DNA from: Phoronis australis | Taxonomy: Eukaryota > Animalia > Phoronida | Assembly (NCBI GenBank): GCA_002633005.1 | Contig: NMRA01000351.1 | Coordinates: 359,258 to 423,257 of the forward strand | Direction: 5' to 3' | Length of the DNA stretch: 64,000 nucleotides | Part shown: positions 62,001-64,000 of the stretch, in pieces | Numbering within the stretch: position 1 is the stretch's first letter | Layout: each line of letters begins with the position of its first letter | Program-made: the position numbers and the translations under genes | Notes under the pieces: model-generated | Seen by the model: only the letters and a program-made list of their open reading frames with translations | Told to the model about the DNA's origin: nothing | Databases searched by the model: none

Positions 62001-63678
62001 GATGTTTCAGTGAATTTAATTGAAGCCCAAATAGTAAAGTGCACTTGGACGCTTCATGCTTATCTAAAGTAACTCTCAGACATTGATGAGGAATTAAGTC
62101 ATTAAATCAAGGTAATGGCATGGATTCGATTGTTCTAAATTACGTGTTTATGTATCTACGAAAATGGGTTTATTGACAGATGATTTTATTACAATTATAA
62201 GCTAATCTTGTAAGAAATGACAATGCTTCAACGAACTTAGTTGCAGGCAGACATTGGAAAAATTCCGGTTGTGCATGTATCATCAGATCCCCAAATATAA
62301 AAGTACACTAAACGATTTGATTTGTCTATCTGAAAAAAGTCTCAAAGATATTGATGAATGTCGGACAGCTCTACAAATTGTCCTAAAAATTTCCACAATT
62401 CAACTTGTTTATTGACTTAGGAAATAGATGAGTGGGTTTAAGTTCACAAACCGTAGATCGAAAAAGAAGTTTAAGTACTTAAATAAATAAAATTAAACTT
62501 ATTTCTCATCAACTTGGAAAGGTTCTCTTTGCACTTCCTTGATATTGTTAGTTTCCAATAGTATTGCGCAATGAATTTTCTTCAACAATCAATCATTTGC
62601 TTTCCCTTCCTGACATACTACACACACTGAGCACGTCATGACTGACGCAACCACGATGAAAATAAGGTGTAATCATGCAGTGGACCTGTTCAGAATCTTA
62701 GTGATCCACGGGAGCTGAATTTGGGACACACTCTGTATAATTTCCCCCGGCCACAAGAAACTGGACTACTAGGTGGATGTGTTTCATCAAGGGATTTTGA
62801 AACGGCCACAAAGGCTCTCATACCAGGGACCACGGGACCTCACCTTTCCAAAAAATTCCTTGAAAGAATGGCCTTGATAAAATGAAGTTTTCCTGAAACT
62901 TGATCATAATAAAACAAATCTTGACTTTTGAGCCAGCGCAGAGGAATACGTACGAGCTAAGCTACCTGTCTCAAGTGAATCGCTGAGCTGACCAGTGACT
63001 AGCTCTAGTTCATCGAATCCACTGTTGGATCCCAGCTACCCGTCAGTGCGCTGGGCCTAAACCCATTCTTATTCTCTGTGAAACTTCGTTGATTCACGGT
63101 AATTCAAATCCTGATAGCTGCATCTCAAGTATTTCCCTTCAACCTAGCTATGGCGGACGCCGTGGGGTCGGTGCAAATATGGTGACATCCAGAGAACGGG
63201 GTGGCGGGTGGCGATAGGAACGAGGTATGTTGGCGAAGTCGAATTGGTTTGTACCCCCACCCCAATAATTTTTGCCTTCCTACGGGCCTGATCAATCAGG
63301 CAAGGTTCTAAATGATACATCAAGGTGAACCAACAAATGGAATCCTCTTCAACTAGCACCTATATGCATTCATTGAGCTATAGCATAGACTGTATTCAAC
63401 TGCAACTTAAATGTACTGTATATACACACTTGGATACGACCTGATTACGATCTGATTTACATGTACATATCTTCTAGCAAACAAATGCGCCAATCTGAGC
63501 GCTCCTGAGAATGGTGCCTTATCGTGTTCTAAATGGCTGTTCGGAATACTGTGCCAGATGTCGTGCCAGGTGGGATATGACATCATACCACAAGGTGCTT
63601 CCTTTGACGGAAGGTTCGCCTGTCAAGCTGACGGCAACTGGTCTCCAACTGGAGTCGTGCCTGATTGCTCCCAAATAA
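49884..63678 (+). CDS. HYR- and Sushi/CCP-domain protein (SVEP1-like), 5' partial, continues beyond window
   Basis: Exons 49884-50098, 56059-56204, 56931-57113, 57674-57880, 58291-58542 (dup 60305-60556), 63478-63678; phases 2,1,1,1,1,1 consistent; N-terminal hydrophobic segment, HYR (V.WPEP..G..Y.A.D..G..A.C.F.V.V), Sushi (C..P..G..C..C.Y.C..GY..C..G.W..C). Confidence 0.82.
56059..56204 (+). CDS. SVEP1-like exon 2 (HYR second half)
   Basis: cacag|...KKGQRVEPGSYQGHYWAADDCGHEAKCHFPVTVT|gtgact. Confidence 0.8.
56931..57113 (+). CDS. SVEP1-like exon 3 (Sushi)
   Basis: IRCEQLPVPPTGNLTCTHGNLYGSNCTYSCNEGYRVHGPTSVTC...GHWSAISTC|gtaagt. Confidence 0.9.
57674..57880 (+). CDS. SVEP1-like exon 4 (Sushi)
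   Basis: VTCPKG...LTCDGNMYGHSCDYGCLKNY...RTCTASGNWTEGPTPTC|gtaata. Confidence 0.88.
58291..58542 (+). CDS. SVEP1-like exon 5 (HYR), copy 1
   Basis: KIPPTVKGC...PKPYFIDSLG...FPIGPHVLKCQATD...AHCIFTITV|gtaagt; 252 nt, phase 1-1. Confidence 0.85.
60305..60556 (+). CDS. SVEP1-like exon 5 (HYR), copy 2
   Basis: same peptide as 58291-58542, offset 2014. Confidence 0.65.
63478..63678 (+). CDS. SVEP1-like exon 6 (Sushi)
   Basis: ttctag|NKCANLSAPENGALSCSKWLFGILCQMSCQVGYDII...FACQADGNWSPTGVVPDCSQI|gtatgt; not in the ORF track. Confidence 0.88.
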
Positions 63679-63803
63679 GTATGTATCGATTATTGCTTCG
63701 CTCTTCCATTTTAGCCGAATGAATGAATGTGTGTCCAGTATGCTTATCCTGTTAACGGGAATTGCAACCATCCCGAAGGGAAGCTTGGCTTCTATGATGT
63801 AGC

Positions 63804-63936
63804 CAGTGTTGCAGTGGTAAAATTAGAGGTACATGTAAGTAGGCGCCCAAAGCCCACCGTATCACATTGAGCACTGTGGTGCGTAGGCGCTATACGTTCA
63901 AATGCCTACCTGCGCCTACGCCCCACTACAGCACTG
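63804..63936. mobile_element. short hAT-like MITE
   Basis: TIR cagtgttgcagtgg / ccactacagcactg; flanks gatgtagc and gatgtaca (degenerate 8-bp TSD). Confidence 0.65.
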
Positions 63937-64000
63937 GATGTACAGCGAATTAATGCCACCTTACTTTTCACGCTTGGACCTTTCCCCACACACTCACTTC

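Larger units (their letters stand above)
58103..62133. repeat. ~2.0-kb near-identical tandem duplication (58103-60115 / 60117-62133)
   Basis: copies joined at a single N (60116); scattered SNPs and a 4-bp indel. Confidence 0.93.

Overview
AT-rich, intron-rich eukaryotic (invertebrate animal-like) scaffold from a draft assembly, with N-gaps at 4921-5669 and 36152-36289 and single-N joins at 17787, 52408 and 60116. Three spliced + strand genes can be reconstructed by hand with GT-AG boundaries and consistent phases: (1) a 9-exon PH+FYVE protein of the Phafin2/PLEKHF2 type (1086-13284, 266 aa); (2) a 15-exon glycogen synthase (20803-40066, 689 aa) whose exon 12 region appears twice either side of a gap; (3) the 5' part of a HYR/Sushi (SVEP1-like) protein from 49884 that runs off the window end, with one HYR exon inside a 2-kb tandem duplication joined at a single N. 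Introns and intergenic DNA hold an L1/Tx1-like LINE fragment, a complete Helentron-associated (HINE/DINE-1-like) element with an array of CTCF-like motifs, several MITEs (Harbinger-like, Kolobok-like, hAT-like with unusual 5- and 6-bp TSDs, a 2.2-kb TG..CA element) and many minisatellites. Most interesting: tandem arrays that amplify the splice sites of glycogen synthase (decoy donors, poison acceptors, in-frame acceptors at the catalytic E-X7-E motif), and pervasive TACATGTA insertions at TA sites that resemble Tc1/mariner excision footprints. No prokaryote-type system, RNA gene or CRISPR array was seen.
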